DNA of 64,000 nucleotides from Patescibacteria group bacterium (GTDB taxonomy: Bacteria > Patescibacteriota > WWE3 > UBA101185 > UBA10185): assembly GCA_049322215.1 (NCBI GenBank), contig JBMORU010000001.1, forward strand, positions 644,023-708,022, in the 5' to 3' direction. The notes under the pieces were generated by a model. That model had not been told where the DNA came from. It saw only the letters and a list, made by a program, of their open reading frames with translations, and searched no databases. Positions 9,001 through 19,383 of the stretch are shown one piece after another; within the stretch, counting starts at the first letter, position 1; every line of letters begins with the position of its first letter. The position numbers and the translations under genes are program-made.

Positions 9001-9426
9001 ATGGGGTTAATTAGATTATTTATAAGATCAGTAGTTTTTTCTTACATCGCCTTATTTGCTACACAAGTGGTTATTAATGCTTTTGTATTTGAAGAAAGCA
9101 CTTTTATTAGTATTTACTTTTTAATAATATTGGCGTTAGGCTTGTTGAACTTGTTTATTCGTCCAATTTTATCTTTAATTGGATTACCTTCTAGAGGAGT
9201 TTTTTACTTATTCATGACATTCGTGATTACTTTGATTACTATTTATGCTTTAACTGTATTTTTACCAAACTTTGGTGTTCAGGGTAGTGTAATGCAAGAG
9301 TTGAGGTTTTTTGGATTTGTGTTACCATCAAAAGAATTAAGCCCAAATTGGGCTATAATTTGCTCAGCTCTATCATTTAGCGTTATTTATAATTTCTTTG
9401 AATGGTTATGCTGGTGTAAAAACTAA
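9001..9426 (+). CDS. Small integral membrane protein, DUF360 / YvlD (phage-holin-4-like) family
   Basis: About 4 TM segments. Motif LGLLNLFIRPILSLIGLPSRGVFYLFMTFVITL resembles the DUF360 signature (N..RP.L.LL.LP...G). Confidence 0.5.
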   Translation: MGLIRLFIRSVVFSYIALFATQVVINAFVFEESTFISIYFLIILALGLLNLFIRPILSLIGLPSRGVFYLFMTFVITLITIYALTVFLPNFGVQGSVMQELRFFGFVLPSKELSPNWAIICSALSFSVIYNFFEWLCWCKN

Positions 9427-9647
9427 TGGATTATTTATTAGTAGCAAAAATATTACAAATAATTTTCGCATTCGTATTGATTGGCTTAGTGCTAATGCAA
9501 TCTAAAGGTACTGGATTAGCCAGTTCTTTTGGAGGTACTGCACAATACCGTTCCCGACGTGGTATGGAAAAAGTAGTTCATTTAGGAACACTTATTGTAG
9601 GTATTAGTTTTGTAGCTAATTCTCTAACTATCCTGTTTCTCGGATAA
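9426..9647 (+). CDS. secG: Preprotein translocase subunit SecG
   Basis: 73 aa with two TM segments. Signature LIGLVLMQSKGTGLASSFGG matches the SecG motif (VLLQ.GKG.G....FGG). Confidence 0.7.
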   Translation: MDYLLVAKILQIIFAFVLIGLVLMQSKGTGLASSFGGTAQYRSRRGMEKVVHLGTLIVGISFVANSLTILFLG

Positions 9648-9650
9648 TTT

Positions 9651-10982
9651 ATGATTAATCCTACTATTATTGTAGAAGGTAAAAGCCGTCTTTCTGGTAG
9701 CGTACGTGTATCTGGATCAAAAGATTCAGCTTTAAAGCTTATAGCAGCATCATTATTTTCTAACGATCAAGTATTTATAGAAAATGTGCCTCGAGTTCCA
9801 ATTGTAGAAGATATGTTAATTGCATTGGAAGATATGGGAGTAACTGTTGAGTGGTCAGGAACTTCCAAACTTTTGATAAATGGTGCAACCATAAATACAC
9901 ATGAAATCCCATCATCTTTTGGTAGTAAATATAGAGAAGCGGTTCTTTTAGTGCCCGCTTTAGTTTTTCGCTTTGGAAAGGCGCTGCTTCCGAAGCTAGC
10001 TGAAACTCCTGTAGAGCTACGTCCCATAAATCGCTTAGTAGAAACTTGGGAGAAGGTTGGTATGCTGCTGAAAGAAGATGATAAGTTTCATTTCATTACA
10101 GGACATCAAATAAAAGGTGCTAACATAAATTTTCGTTTAAACACGCATATAGGTACTGACATTGCAATTTTATCTACTATATTTGCAACGGGCGAATCTA
10201 CTATTTTAAATGCTGCCGAAGAACCAGAAATAGAGGACTTAGTTAATTTTTGCAACGCTATGGGTGCCGAAATTACTAGAATAGATGCGCGAACGCTATC
10301 TGTACAAGGTAAGCCTTTATTTCAAGGAACGTCCTTTGTAGTTCAGGGAGATAAAGACGAAGTAGTTTTATTTACAGTAGCTTCACTAATAACTCAAGGT
10401 AATTTAACCGTTTCAGGGGCACAAAAAGCACATTTACTTTCATTTGTTAATGTACTAACAAAAATTGGTGCAACTTATGAATTCTCAGGAAAAGATGAGC
10501 TTAGAGTTTGGTATGCGTCAGATAATTTATCTGCAACCAACATTACAACCTCTGTTGCTCCTGGATTTTTAACTGATTGGCAATATGTTACTACTGTACT
10601 TTTAACTCAAGCGCAAGGTGAAAGCTTAATGCACGAAACTATATATACTGATAATTTTGAATATACAAAAGATCTTAACCGTATGGGTGCAAGAATTCAG
10701 TTATACAGGCCTACTGAATTAGGTTTACAGCCAATAGTGAGCAATGATAGTTATGACATAGAAACTTCAGGTGAACCTTATACAGTGGCTAAAATAAAAG
10801 GTCCTACAAAACTAAAGGGTACTAAATTATACGTCAATAATGCAAAACAAGGTGCCGCACTAGTGTTAGCCGCCTTGGCAGCAGAAGGAAAGAGCGAAAT
10901 TACCAATTATGCTTTAATAGAGAAGGAATTTTTTCAGTTTTTTACTAAACTTTTAGACTTAGATGCCCATATTTCGGCATAA
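9651..10982 (+). CDS. murA: UDP-N-acetylglucosamine 1-carboxyvinyltransferase (MurA)
   Basis: EPT fold. N-terminus IVEGKSRLSGSVRVSGSKDSALKLIAASLFS is of MurA type (ISGAKNAALP..AA.LL). Length 443 aa. Confidence 0.85.
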   Translation: MINPTIIVEGKSRLSGSVRVSGSKDSALKLIAASLFSNDQVFIENVPRVPIVEDMLIALEDMGVTVEWSGTSKLLINGATINTHEIPSSFGSKYREAVLLVPALVFRFGKALLPKLAETPVELRPINRLVETWEKVGMLLKEDDKFHFITGHQIKGANINFRLNTHIGTDIAILSTIFATGESTILNAAEEPEIEDLVNFCNAMGAEITRIDARTLSVQGKPLFQGTSFVVQGDKDEVVLFTVASLITQGNLTVSGAQKAHLLSFVNVLTKIGATYEFSGKDELRVWYASDNLSATNITTSVAPGFLTDWQYVTTVLLTQAQGESLMHETIYTDNFEYTKDLNRMGARIQLYRPTELGLQPIVSNDSYDIETSGEPYTVAKIKGPTKLKGTKLYVNNAKQGAALVLAALAAEGKSEITNYALIEKEFFQFFTKLLDLDAHISA

Positions 10983-10999
10983 CCCTTATATATTGATGA

Positions 11000-11551
11000 T
11001 TAAAACACACTTTTTCTTAGTTTTTTTACTGTCCTATGTAATATTGTTCCTACATTAGATTCCGAAATTTCAAGAAGTTTTGCGATAGTTTTATTTGTGT
11101 ATCCTTCAAAAAATTTCATATATACAATTTGTTTCTCTCTTTCAGGTAATGTATGCAATATATCTTCTATTAATTCTTCAAATTCGGTATGTATTGCTGA
11201 CTCTTCGGGTGTTTTTTCTTTAGATTGTATGTTTACATATTCTAAGGAAATATTATTGCTTTCTTTGTTTTGTGCTCTGTAGTGATCGATAACAGTATTT
11301 CTTGCTATCCTATATAACCAGGATGAAAACGAAACTCCCTGCCATTTAAAGTTTTCTATACCTTCCATTGCCTTTTGAAAAACCAATGATGTAATATCTT
11401 CTGCAGTATTTTTGTTGGAAACTTTAATGCTTACATAGCGGTGTATATGAATATGATAGTGTTCGTAAAGTTTTCCAAATGCTTGCCTATCTTTTTTACT
11501 GGCTTCCACTAATTTTTGTTCTTGATTGGGATCAAGTGAAATTTTTGACAT
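11000..11551 (-). CDS. ECF-type RNA polymerase sigma-70 factor
   Basis: Region 2 (SLVFQKAMEGIENFKWQGVSFSSWLYRIARNTVIDHYR) and region 4 HTH (EREKQIVYMKFFEGYTNKTIAKLLEISESNVGTILHRTVKKLR). Confidence 0.8.
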   Translation of the reverse strand: MSKISLDPNQEQKLVEASKKDRQAFGKLYEHYHIHIHRYVSIKVSNKNTAEDITSLVFQKAMEGIENFKWQGVSFSSWLYRIARNTVIDHYRAQNKESNNISLEYVNIQSKEKTPEESAIHTEFEELIEDILHTLPEREKQIVYMKFFEGYTNKTIAKLLEISESNVGTILHRTVKKLRKSVF

Positions 11552-12344
11552 ATTTTCTTCCCTGTACTTTGTTTAATCTCAGTAAAATTACATCAGATTT
11601 TTTCGCAGTGTAGTTTTTGGGATTAATTTTCCAATTAAGCCTATTTTTTTGTATGTATTCTTCGTCTGTTTTTAGCTCTGTAAATAAAATTTTATTTCCT
11701 TCAAGCATATTTCCAATTTCTAGTGCTGAAACTAATGGAGCAGGGTAATAATAATAAGTGTTATCTACTATTGTAGTATTATTTTTACCAGCTTTTAGTT
11801 CAATTTTGGATTTAGGGAGATTTAAGGTGTTGATGCTTTCTTGTATGTTTATTTCATCTATTTTTAACTTTTTTAATAGCCGTTTGTTTACTATTTGAAT
11901 TATGTATTCTGATAATTTTTCCTTTTTTATTAAATCTAGGTTTTTGGGTACATCTATTACTGCGACAGGATTCAAAATATTTACCCAGTATTTAAATATT
12001 TCTTGGTTTGACTTTGAAACTTCTATAACCAGTAAATGCCTATATGGTTTATTTTTAATTAAAACAGCGCTTGTTTTTACTATAGTGCTTATCCAAGATT
12101 TAGCATTTCCCGGATAATTAGTGGTTCCTATAACAGTAAGTGGAATGCTTAATTCAGCCTCGGGTGTTTCAAGATTGCGTCTACTAGGCAATTTTTCATG
12201 AAATACTTGATATATAGCCTCTCTTACAATAGAAGTTTGGCCATCTCCTGTGACAACAATTATTGTTGGTTTGTGTTTTTTTATTGTTGCAAGTGTTAAT
12301 TTGCCCAATACTGACCTTAAAACCTGCCTAGGTTGTATATGCAT
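11532..12344 (-). CDS. Truncated, degenerate Mur-ligase-like protein (central ATPase-like domain only; P-loop Lys lost)
   Basis: KPTIIVVTGDGQTSIVREAIYQVF aligns with the Mur ligase P-loop V(I)GVTGTNGKTTT but reads GDGQTS, with Lys replaced by Gln. TPEAELSIPLTVIGTTNYPGN resembles the MurF T.GN.NN.IG.PLTLL segment. LLVIEVS and INPVAVID resemble the VlEmg and p.iavITNI segments. Only 270 aa; no N- or C-terminal Mur domains. Overlaps the downstream sigma gene by 20 nt, so the two form an operon. Confidence 0.45.
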   Translation of the reverse strand: MHIQPRQVLRSVLGKLTLATIKKHKPTIIVVTGDGQTSIVREAIYQVFHEKLPSRRNLETPEAELSIPLTVIGTTNYPGNAKSWISTIVKTSAVLIKNKPYRHLLVIEVSKSNQEIFKYWVNILNPVAVIDVPKNLDLIKKEKLSEYIIQIVNKRLLKKLKIDEINIQESINTLNLPKSKIELKAGKNNTTIVDNTYYYYPAPLVSALEIGNMLEGNKILFTELKTDEEYIQKNRLNWKINPKNYTAKKSDVILLRLNKVQGRKYVKNFT

Positions 12345-12475
12345 ATGTACTACAGAACGAGTTTATTACAAATCCGTCACTTGTGCTATTTTAATGCACT
12401 TTTCGTTTTTTTCTTAAAGTATAATGTCAACTATAATAAACATTATTCTGTTATTTGCTATACTTTAGGGGTCTT

Positions 12476-13582
12476 ATGATTAATTTAGTAGCTTTAACAA
12501 TTGGGTCATTTATATTTACGTTTTTGTTATCGTTTCCTTTTTTGAGCTTTTTGTATAAGTACAATATACGTAGAATTTCGAAAACTGATTTAGACAAAAT
12601 ATTGAAACATCGCACAGAAATGAAATTTGGAACTCCTGTAATGGGAGGAACTGTTATTTTACTTTCAATAATTCTATTTTCCACTGTTTTTTTGTCCAAC
12701 TGGGCTTATTACCCTTTGATTATTTTTGTTTGTGTAGTAGGTGGTATTTTTGGAGCTATTGATGAGTATGTAAATACTTTAGGACGTACTTTATCGGTAA
12801 TAAGAATAGTAAAAGAACAAGAAGGCAAACCTTCTAGTATTTTTCCAGTAAGCCCTAAACTAAAAAGGCTAAAGAGTCTTATTTTAATTCCATGGAAATT
12901 ATTTGAAGAAGCACTTAGAATTACTGGCAGCCAGCAGCGAGGTCTTAAAAGCCACTACAAACTGCTAATGCAGATATTTTTGGCATTAGTTCCTATACTT
13001 TATTTACATGTAGTTGGAAATGGCACTTTTTTTATTTTTCCGTTAGTTGGTAAAGTAGATTTTAATATTTTGTATTACCCAATTGTGTTTGCTGCTCTTA
13101 TGTTTTATGCAAACGCTTTTGGTGTAACAGATGGAATGGATGGTTTATCTGCAGGTCTTCATAGCATTGCATTTTTAGCAATAGGAGTTATTTCTTATCA
13201 TTATGATTATATTGATTTAGCGTATTTATCTTTTATTGTTGTAGGTGCTGAATTAGCTTTTTTGTACTTTAATATTTTTCCAGCAAGGGTTGAAATGTCA
13301 GATGTGGGTACTCTTCCATTGGGTATGCTCTTTGTTTTAATTACTTCCATAATGCACCTTGAATTTGTTTTACCTATTATAGGTTTTATATTTACATTAG
13401 AAATATTTACCAGTGTTACTCAGCAGTGGTCAGTAAAACTAACAGGAAAAAGACTTTATCCTATGGCACCTATTCACCATTCATTTGAGTTTTTAGGCTG
13501 GCCAGAAACAAAGGTTACAATGAGGTTTTGGTTAGTAAGTGCTATTGTTGCTTTAGTTGGTATATTTATTGCTTTGTTATGA
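12476..13582 (+). CDS. mraY: Phospho-N-acetylmuramoyl-pentapeptide transferase (MraY)
   Basis: Polytopic membrane protein with the MraY motif NAFGVTDGMDGLSAG (NA.N.TDGLDGLA). Start ATG 12476 (MINLVALTIG) chosen over the TTG at 12455. Confidence 0.85.
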   Translation: MINLVALTIGSFIFTFLLSFPFLSFLYKYNIRRISKTDLDKILKHRTEMKFGTPVMGGTVILLSIILFSTVFLSNWAYYPLIIFVCVVGGIFGAIDEYVNTLGRTLSVIRIVKEQEGKPSSIFPVSPKLKRLKSLILIPWKLFEEALRITGSQQRGLKSHYKLLMQIFLALVPILYLHVVGNGTFFIFPLVGKVDFNILYYPIVFAALMFYANAFGVTDGMDGLSAGLHSIAFLAIGVISYHYDYIDLAYLSFIVVGAELAFLYFNIFPARVEMSDVGTLPLGMLFVLITSIMHLEFVLPIIGFIFTLEIFTSVTQQWSVKLTGKRLYPMAPIHHSFEFLGWPETKVTMRFWLVSAIVALVGIFIALL

Positions 13583-14754
13583 AAAAAAGACCTGCCCACG
13601 TACGTAATGCTGCTGACAAAACTTTTTTGTTTCTTCTATCAATTTTATTAGCCTTTGGTACCTTAATGATTTACGATGCCACTGCTGTTTATTCGCGTGG
13701 GGAATTAGGTGGTGCATTTAAACTAGTTACTTTACATATTACATGGTTACTAATAGGTGCACTGTGTTTTTTCTTATTCTATAAACTTGACTACCACAAG
13801 CTTCAAAAGCCTTCAATTATTATTTTTAGCATTGCAGCTTTAATGCTTGTAGTTTTAGCCTTTGCTGGTCAATTACTCCCCTGTAACGCTAACTTTATAT
13901 TTGCTCCCTGTATAAATGGGGCTAATCGTTGGTTTTTTTTAAACCCAGCACCGCTCCCGTCAATTCCATTTTTGGGCGTACTAGGTTTTCAACCTAGTGA
14001 GTTTGCCAAACTTGCAATGATAATTTACTTGGCTGTTATTATAGCCAAAAATGAAGGTGATGACTTAGCAATGTTTGTTGCAGCAGGTGTTATTTCTGGT
14101 CTTGTTTTTCTTCTTATACTTGCACAGCCAAATATGTCTACAGCAGTACTTTTACTGTCTATTGGTATGACGATGTTTTTTGCTTCAGACGCGTCTATTC
14201 GACCATTACTAACTACATTGCCTTTTTTTGCAGGTGCTGCATTTTTTCTAATGTTTGGTTCTGAGTATAGACGTCAACGTTTCAAAACATTCCTGGGCTC
14301 AGAAGATTTAGGTAGTGATAGCTTAGGTTCTGGGTATCACATACAGCAAATATTAATAGCTCTGGGTTCAGGTGGTTTATTTGGTTTAGGCCCCGGGCAA
14401 TCTATTCAAAAATTCAAGTATTTACCTGAAGTCTATGCAGATTCAATTTTTGCTATTATCGGGGAAGAATTAGGTTTTATTGGAACTACTGTTTTCATAA
14501 TTTTTTACACTCTTTTCATTTACAAAGGTTTTGATATTGCAAAAAAGGCTCCTGACCTTTTAGGTAGACTTCTTGCCGTTGGAATAGTTTCTTGGTTAAC
14601 TTTTCAATTTTTTATTAACATTGCAGCTATGCTAAAGCTTATACCTTTAACAGGGGTTCCGTTACCCTTAGTGTCTTATGGAGGGTCTTCTACTGTATTT
14701 AGTCTTGCTGCAATTGGTATTCTTTCAAATGTTTCTAGGCAATCATCGGTATAA
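13579..14754 (+). CDS. ftsW: SEDS-family peptidoglycan glycosyltransferase (FtsW)
   Basis: ATGA overlap with the mraY stop. SEDS motifs GSGGLFGLGPGQSIQKFKYLPEVYADSIFAIIGEELGF and PLTGVPLPLVSYGGSS. Sits in the dcw position. Confidence 0.8.
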   Translation: MKKRPAHVRNAADKTFLFLLSILLAFGTLMIYDATAVYSRGELGGAFKLVTLHITWLLIGALCFFLFYKLDYHKLQKPSIIIFSIAALMLVVLAFAGQLLPCNANFIFAPCINGANRWFFLNPAPLPSIPFLGVLGFQPSEFAKLAMIIYLAVIIAKNEGDDLAMFVAAGVISGLVFLLILAQPNMSTAVLLLSIGMTMFFASDASIRPLLTTLPFFAGAAFFLMFGSEYRRQRFKTFLGSEDLGSDSLGSGYHIQQILIALGSGGLFGLGPGQSIQKFKYLPEVYADSIFAIIGEELGFIGTTVFIIFYTLFIYKGFDIAKKAPDLLGRLLAVGIVSWLTFQFFINIAAMLKLIPLTGVPLPLVSYGGSSTVFSLAAIGILSNVSRQSSV

Positions 14755-14781
14755 ACTTTTGTTTAAGCTATAATTAATTTA

Positions 14782-15894
14782 ATGAAAGTAGTAATAACAG
14801 GTGGGCACCATAGTTCTGCATTACCTGTAATTAAACAACTAAAGAAGGTCAATCCATCTATAGAGTTTTTTTGGATAGGGCATAAATATTCCATTAGCGG
14901 GGATACCAATACAACTCTTGAATATAAAGATATCACTGATTTAAATATACCATTTTATGCTTTAAAAGCAGGGAAAGTGTATAAAACCTATAATCCCTTT
15001 AAATTGCTAAAAGTTCCATTTGGATTTTTTCAAGCACTTTTTTTTCTGTTAAAAATTAAGCCAAATATTATTTTATCTTTTGGAGGATATTTATCGGTAC
15101 CTGTTGTGTTAGCTGGTTTCTTACTAAATATTCCTTCTGTAACTCATGAACAAACAATTGTAGTTGGTTGGGCAAATAAGGTGGTTTCAAAATTTGCTAA
15201 AAAAATAATGATAACTTGGCCAAACTCGGCTCAGTATTTTCCACAAAATAAAACCATATTTACGGGGTTACCTTTACGGGAAAATGTTTTTAAAGCAAGC
15301 ACAAACAACTTTGACCTTAATAAAAAGCTCCCCACTGTTTATTTAACTGCAGGAAAACAAGGATCTCACATTATTAATTCCGTCATTGGTGAATGCCTTA
15401 ATGAAATTCTTGGTATGTGTAATTTAATTCACCAGTGTGGCGACTCATCTCTTTATAATGACTATAACAATTTAACTGATATTTATTCTAAACTAGTTGA
15501 TGGAGTACCAGGAAAGTATATTCTTAAGAAGTTCATTAGAAATGGCGAAATAGGGGAGGTTTTTTCTAAAGCAGATTTGGTTTTGTCTAGATCTGGTGCG
15601 CATATTACATATGAACTAATAGCCTTAGAAAAACCTTGCATTTTAATTCCAATTCCTTGGGTTTCGCATAATGAGCAGTATGAAAACGCTTCTATACTAT
15701 ATAAATCAGGTTTAGGCGTAATTCTTTCGCAAAAAGAATTATCTAAGGATACTTTGCTAGCAACCCTGCGTTTTACACTTAATAACATGCATGAGTTTAA
15801 AATTAAAAACAATTCGTACAAAAATATTTTAGTACAAGATTCAGCAAAAAAAATTGCAAATGTCGTTTTGGAAGAAGCAAAAAAAAACTACTAA
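14782..15894 (+). CDS. murG: Undecaprenyl-PP-MurNAc-pentapeptide GlcNAc transferase (MurG)
   Basis: GT28 N-terminus MKVVITGGHHSS (the GGTGGH motif). dcw context between ftsW and ftsQ. C-terminal GT-B domain. Confidence 0.8.
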   Translation: MKVVITGGHHSSALPVIKQLKKVNPSIEFFWIGHKYSISGDTNTTLEYKDITDLNIPFYALKAGKVYKTYNPFKLLKVPFGFFQALFFLLKIKPNIILSFGGYLSVPVVLAGFLLNIPSVTHEQTIVVGWANKVVSKFAKKIMITWPNSAQYFPQNKTIFTGLPLRENVFKASTNNFDLNKKLPTVYLTAGKQGSHIINSVIGECLNEILGMCNLIHQCGDSSLYNDYNNLTDIYSKLVDGVPGKYILKKFIRNGEIGEVFSKADLVLSRSGAHITYELIALEKPCILIPIPWVSHNEQYENASILYKSGLGVILSQKELSKDTLLATLRFTLNNMHEFKIKNNSYKNILVQDSAKKIANVVLEEAKKNY

Positions 15895-16714
15895 CTTTTC
15901 TAAGTATAATCGGGTGAATAAAATAGCCTTTTTAGATGATAGATTTCAGCCCAAAAGAAAGCGTAGAAAAAGTAACTTTAAATTCAAGCCTAATATATCT
16001 TCAAGGCAGTTTAATAAAGTAATGAAGTCTATGACATTGCTGCTTTCTGTAGTTTTTGTAATTATGTTTTGTTGGACAGTATATAAAAGAACAAACATTT
16101 TTAGCATAGAAGAAATAACTGTTGAAGGAACTGAAAAGTTTGTGAATAAAGAAGATATGCTTGCTTTAATAACAAGCAATATTGATGGAAAAACTTACTT
16201 AAATACTTCTGCAGAGAACTTGCAGCAAAAACTGACTGAAAATTTTCAGGGGGCCAAAAACATTAAAGTTACTAAAGTTCCTTTTTCTAAAATAAAAGTT
16301 ACAGTTGTTGAAAGAAGGCCTTTAGCTTTAATAAGTTCTAATGGAAGCACCTTTATGATAGACGATGACGGATATGTACTAGGCTTGGTTCAAGAAGATT
16401 ACCTTAACTTGCCTCAAATAAATTATACTGAAGAGGTAAGAACCGCAACGTTTATAGAAACAGATCTTGTTCCGGTATATTTAGACTTAATTAATGAATT
16501 AAACCGGGAAGATCTGCAAGCAAGTAGTATAAGTGTTAGCAAAAGGGATCTAACATTGTATACTGACTCAGTTGAAGTGTTTTTGAGTAGGGATAGGGAA
16601 ATAAGTGAGTCGGTACGATTATTGAACACAGTTTTGAAACAAGTTTTTACAAATGGGGAAAAAGCGACCAGAATAGATTTACGATATGAGAAAGTGATAG
16701 TATCATATGAATAA
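15854..16714 (+). CDS. ftsQ: Cell division protein FtsQ/DivIB (POTRA domain)
   Basis: Basic cytoplasmic N-terminus, one TM (LLLSVVFVIMFCW), POTRA-like segment (IFSIEEITVEGTEKFVNKEDMLAL). Start uncertain: the track start 15854 overlaps murG by 41 nt; an internal Met (MKSMTLL, ~16020) is possible. Confidence 0.6.
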   Translation: MQMSFWKKQKKTTNFSKYNRVNKIAFLDDRFQPKRKRRKSNFKFKPNISSRQFNKVMKSMTLLLSVVFVIMFCWTVYKRTNIFSIEEITVEGTEKFVNKEDMLALITSNIDGKTYLNTSAENLQQKLTENFQGAKNIKVTKVPFSKIKVTVVERRPLALISSNGSTFMIDDDGYVLGLVQEDYLNLPQINYTEEVRTATFIETDLVPVYLDLINELNREDLQASSISVSKRDLTLYTDSVEVFLSRDREISESVRLLNTVLKQVFTNGEKATRIDLRYEKVIVSYE

Positions 16715-16737
16715 GTATTCAGGTACTTTTTAAACTT

Positions 16738-17994
16738 ATGCCTAAAGAAAAAATTATAGCCGGTATTGATGTTGGTTCAAGTAAAATTAGCACTATAATA
16801 GCTACAGTCTCTGATAGCAAGATTTCTGTAATTGGAGTTTCTGGAGTTGTTCAATCTAAAGGTGTGAACAAAGGAATAATTGTAGATATTGATGATGCTG
16901 TAGAGTCTATTTCCAAAAGCTTAGAAAGAGCTGAGAGAATGGCCGGTGTATCTGTTTCTTCTGCCTTTGTTACAGTTAGTGGCAGTCATATAGAAACTCA
17001 AAATTCTCACGGAGTAGTTGCAGTGACTAATCAAGGAACAGAAATTGTGCCTGAGGATGTATTTAGAGTTACCGAAGCCGCGCAAGCGGTATCTTTACCT
17101 AATTCCCGGGAAATAGTTCATGTTATTCCCCGCGATTTTATTGTAGATTCTCAGGATGGCATTAGAGACCCAATAGGTATGTCAGGCATACGTTTAGAAG
17201 TAGAAACAAACATTATTCACGGTTCTTCCACTGCGATGAAAAATTTAATTAAATGTGTTCAACAAGTTGGTGTTGATGTAGACGACTTAGTATATACAGG
17301 TGTTGCCTCTGCAGAGGCTGTTTTAACAGATACTGAAAAAGAACTAGGTACCGTTTTAATAGATATTGGAGGAGGAACTACTTCAATAATTGCTTTTGTT
17401 GAAGGAAGTCCCATTCACTCTGTGGTTTTACCCATTGGAGGTAAACATATAACAAGCGACTTGGCTATTGGTTTGCGTGCAAATATGGATGCTGCTGAAA
17501 AAATTAAAGTTAAGCTAAGCGAAGAAAGAACTCAGTTTATGGCATTAGATAATGCTGCAAGAAGAAATGATGAGTTTGATGTTTCAGGATTTGGTTTAGA
17601 TGAAGATAGTGTTCCAAGGAAATTACTTTATGAAATAATTGACGCCCGTTTAAATGAAATCTTTACTCTTATTGCGCTAGAGTTAAAGAAAGCCAATTTG
17701 CATAGCAAGTTGCCTGCTGGTGTAGTGTTGACTGGTGGGGCAAGTTTGACTAATGGCATTGAGCGTGTTGCTAAACATATTTTAAAAATGCCAGTGCGCG
17801 TTGGTCAGCCCAAAGGAGTAACAGGACTGATTGACGAAATACAAAGTCCGGCCTTCGCTGCAAGCGTTGGTGAAATTTTGTATGGAACCAAGTTAATTAA
17901 AAGCGGTTCGGTCTTGTCTTTTAATTCAAGTCGAGGTAAGATAAGCGAAATTGCGTCCAGGTTACTTGAAAAAATAAAATCCTTCCTGCCCTAA
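16738..17994 (+). CDS. ftsA: Cell division protein FtsA
   Basis: Actin-fold ATPase. IIAGIDVGSSKISTIIA (phosphate-1 motif) and LIDIGGGTTSIIAF (phosphate-2 motif). Lies between ftsQ and ftsZ. Confidence 0.85.
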   Translation: MPKEKIIAGIDVGSSKISTIIATVSDSKISVIGVSGVVQSKGVNKGIIVDIDDAVESISKSLERAERMAGVSVSSAFVTVSGSHIETQNSHGVVAVTNQGTEIVPEDVFRVTEAAQAVSLPNSREIVHVIPRDFIVDSQDGIRDPIGMSGIRLEVETNIIHGSSTAMKNLIKCVQQVGVDVDDLVYTGVASAEAVLTDTEKELGTVLIDIGGGTTSIIAFVEGSPIHSVVLPIGGKHITSDLAIGLRANMDAAEKIKVKLSEERTQFMALDNAARRNDEFDVSGFGLDEDSVPRKLLYEIIDARLNEIFTLIALELKKANLHSKLPAGVVLTGGASLTNGIERVAKHILKMPVRVGQPKGVTGLIDEIQSPAFAASVGEILYGTKLIKSGSVLSFNSSRGKISEIASRLLEKIKSFLP

Positions 17995-18076
17995 AAGAGA
18001 TATATAAATTTGGTTATTAACTGAGCTTCAGTGCTTGGTCAATTGTTAAGCGCATTAACAAAAATTTGGAGTTACT

Positions 18077-19225
18077 GTGGTATTTGTAAAACCTGAAATT
18101 GAAAAATTTGCAAAAATTCGTGTAGTTGGTGTTGGTGGCGCAGGCTGCAATGTAATCAACACTATGATAGAGTCTCAACAAATTAATGGTGTAGAATTTG
18201 TTGCTGTAAATACGGATGCCCAAGATTTATCTATTAGTAAAGCTTTCGTAAAAATTCCCATTGGACAAGAAATTACTCAAGGTTTGGGTGCAGGTGCTGA
18301 CCCTGATATTGGTAGGCGTGCTGCTGAAGAATCTAGAGAATTAATAAAGCAAAATTTAGAGGGATCCGATATGGTCTTTGTTACTGCAGGTATGGGTGGG
18401 GGCACTGGTACAGGAGCAGCTCCCGTTATTGCTGCGCTTGCAAGGGAATTGGGGGCACTAACTGTTGGTGTTGTAACTAAACCTTTTCACTTCGAAGGAG
18501 CACAGCGTATGCAAAATGCCGAAAGAGGCATTTCTGAATTAAAAACCGAGGTAGATGCTTTGCTTACAATTCCTAATCAAAAATTATTAGAAATAGCCGA
18601 CGATCGAATGTCTATACTCGATGCATTTAAAGTTTCGGATAGTGTATTACATCAAGGAGTTCAGGGTATATCTGATTTAATAGTAATGCCTGGTTTAATT
18701 AACGTAGACTTTGCAGATGTAAGAACCATAATGAAAGATGCGGGGTCTGCTTTAATGGGTATAGGTATTGGTACAGGTGAAGACAGAGCAACAATTGCAG
18801 CTAAAGCAGCCATATCTTCTCCTTTATTAGAAGTAACTATCGATGGTGCTACGGGAATTTTATTTAATGTTATTGGTGGTCATGATTTAAGTATGCGTGA
18901 AGTAGATGTAGCTGCACGAATTATAAGTGAAGCTGCAAGTAATGATGCAAATATAATTTTTGGTACCACCATAGATGACACATTATCTGATCAAATTAAA
19001 ATAACTGTTATTGCTACAGGATTTGATAGTGAGTTGCGTTCAAAGTTTGGTTTACCTGATAGACGTCAGGAAGCTGTATTAAATACTCCTCACGTACAGC
19101 CTGTTTCTCAACAAGAGCCAGAAGATGATGAACCTCAAACTCCAGAAACCTGGGATGACGAAGGTTTTCCAACAGATGAAGGCGAAAGCAAGTTTGATAT
19201 TCCAGCCTTTTTACGTGGCAGGTAA
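18077..19225 (+). CDS. ftsZ: Cell division GTPase FtsZ
   Basis: GTG start with GGAG ~8 nt upstream. Tubulin signature [11 protein letters not shown] ... [13 protein letters not shown]. Acidic C-terminal tail ending DIPAFLRGR. Confidence 0.95.
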   Translation: MVFVKPEIEKFAKIRVVGVGGAGCNVINTMIESQQINGVEFVAVNTDAQDLSISKAFVKIPIGQEITQGLGAGADPDIGRRAAEESRELIKQNLEGSDMVFVTAGMGGGTGTGAAPVIAALARELGALTVGVVTKPFHFEGAQRMQNAERGISELKTEVDALLTIPNQKLLEIADDRMSILDAFKVSDSVLHQGVQGISDLIVMPGLINVDFADVRTIMKDAGSALMGIGIGTGEDRATIAAKAAISSPLLEVTIDGATGILFNVIGGHDLSMREVDVAARIISEAASNDANIIFGTTIDDTLSDQIKITVIATGFDSELRSKFGLPDRRQEAVLNTPHVQPVSQQEPEDDEPQTPETWDDEGFPTDEGESKFDIPAFLRGR

Positions 19226-19352
19226 AACTTTGGCACTAAAACTTCTTGTATGATAATTTTTACCTCTCTATAATGTCCTAGTACCGAGGATAATTATAAG
19301 GCAGTTCATCATAAATCCTCTAAAAGTAATAATTTGAAAAGAGTTCGTAGCC

Positions 19353-19383
19353 CAACAACTCTATTGGCAGTATATAGTTGTTG
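19353..19383. promoter_or_regulatory. Inverted repeat / candidate operator ~25 nt upstream of nrdA (CAACAACTcTAT-n7-ATAtAGTTGTTG)
   Basis: Near-perfect 12-nt arms seen directly in the 5' region of nrdA. No downstream T-run, so not an intrinsic terminator. Does not match the canonical NrdR box. Confidence 0.3.
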
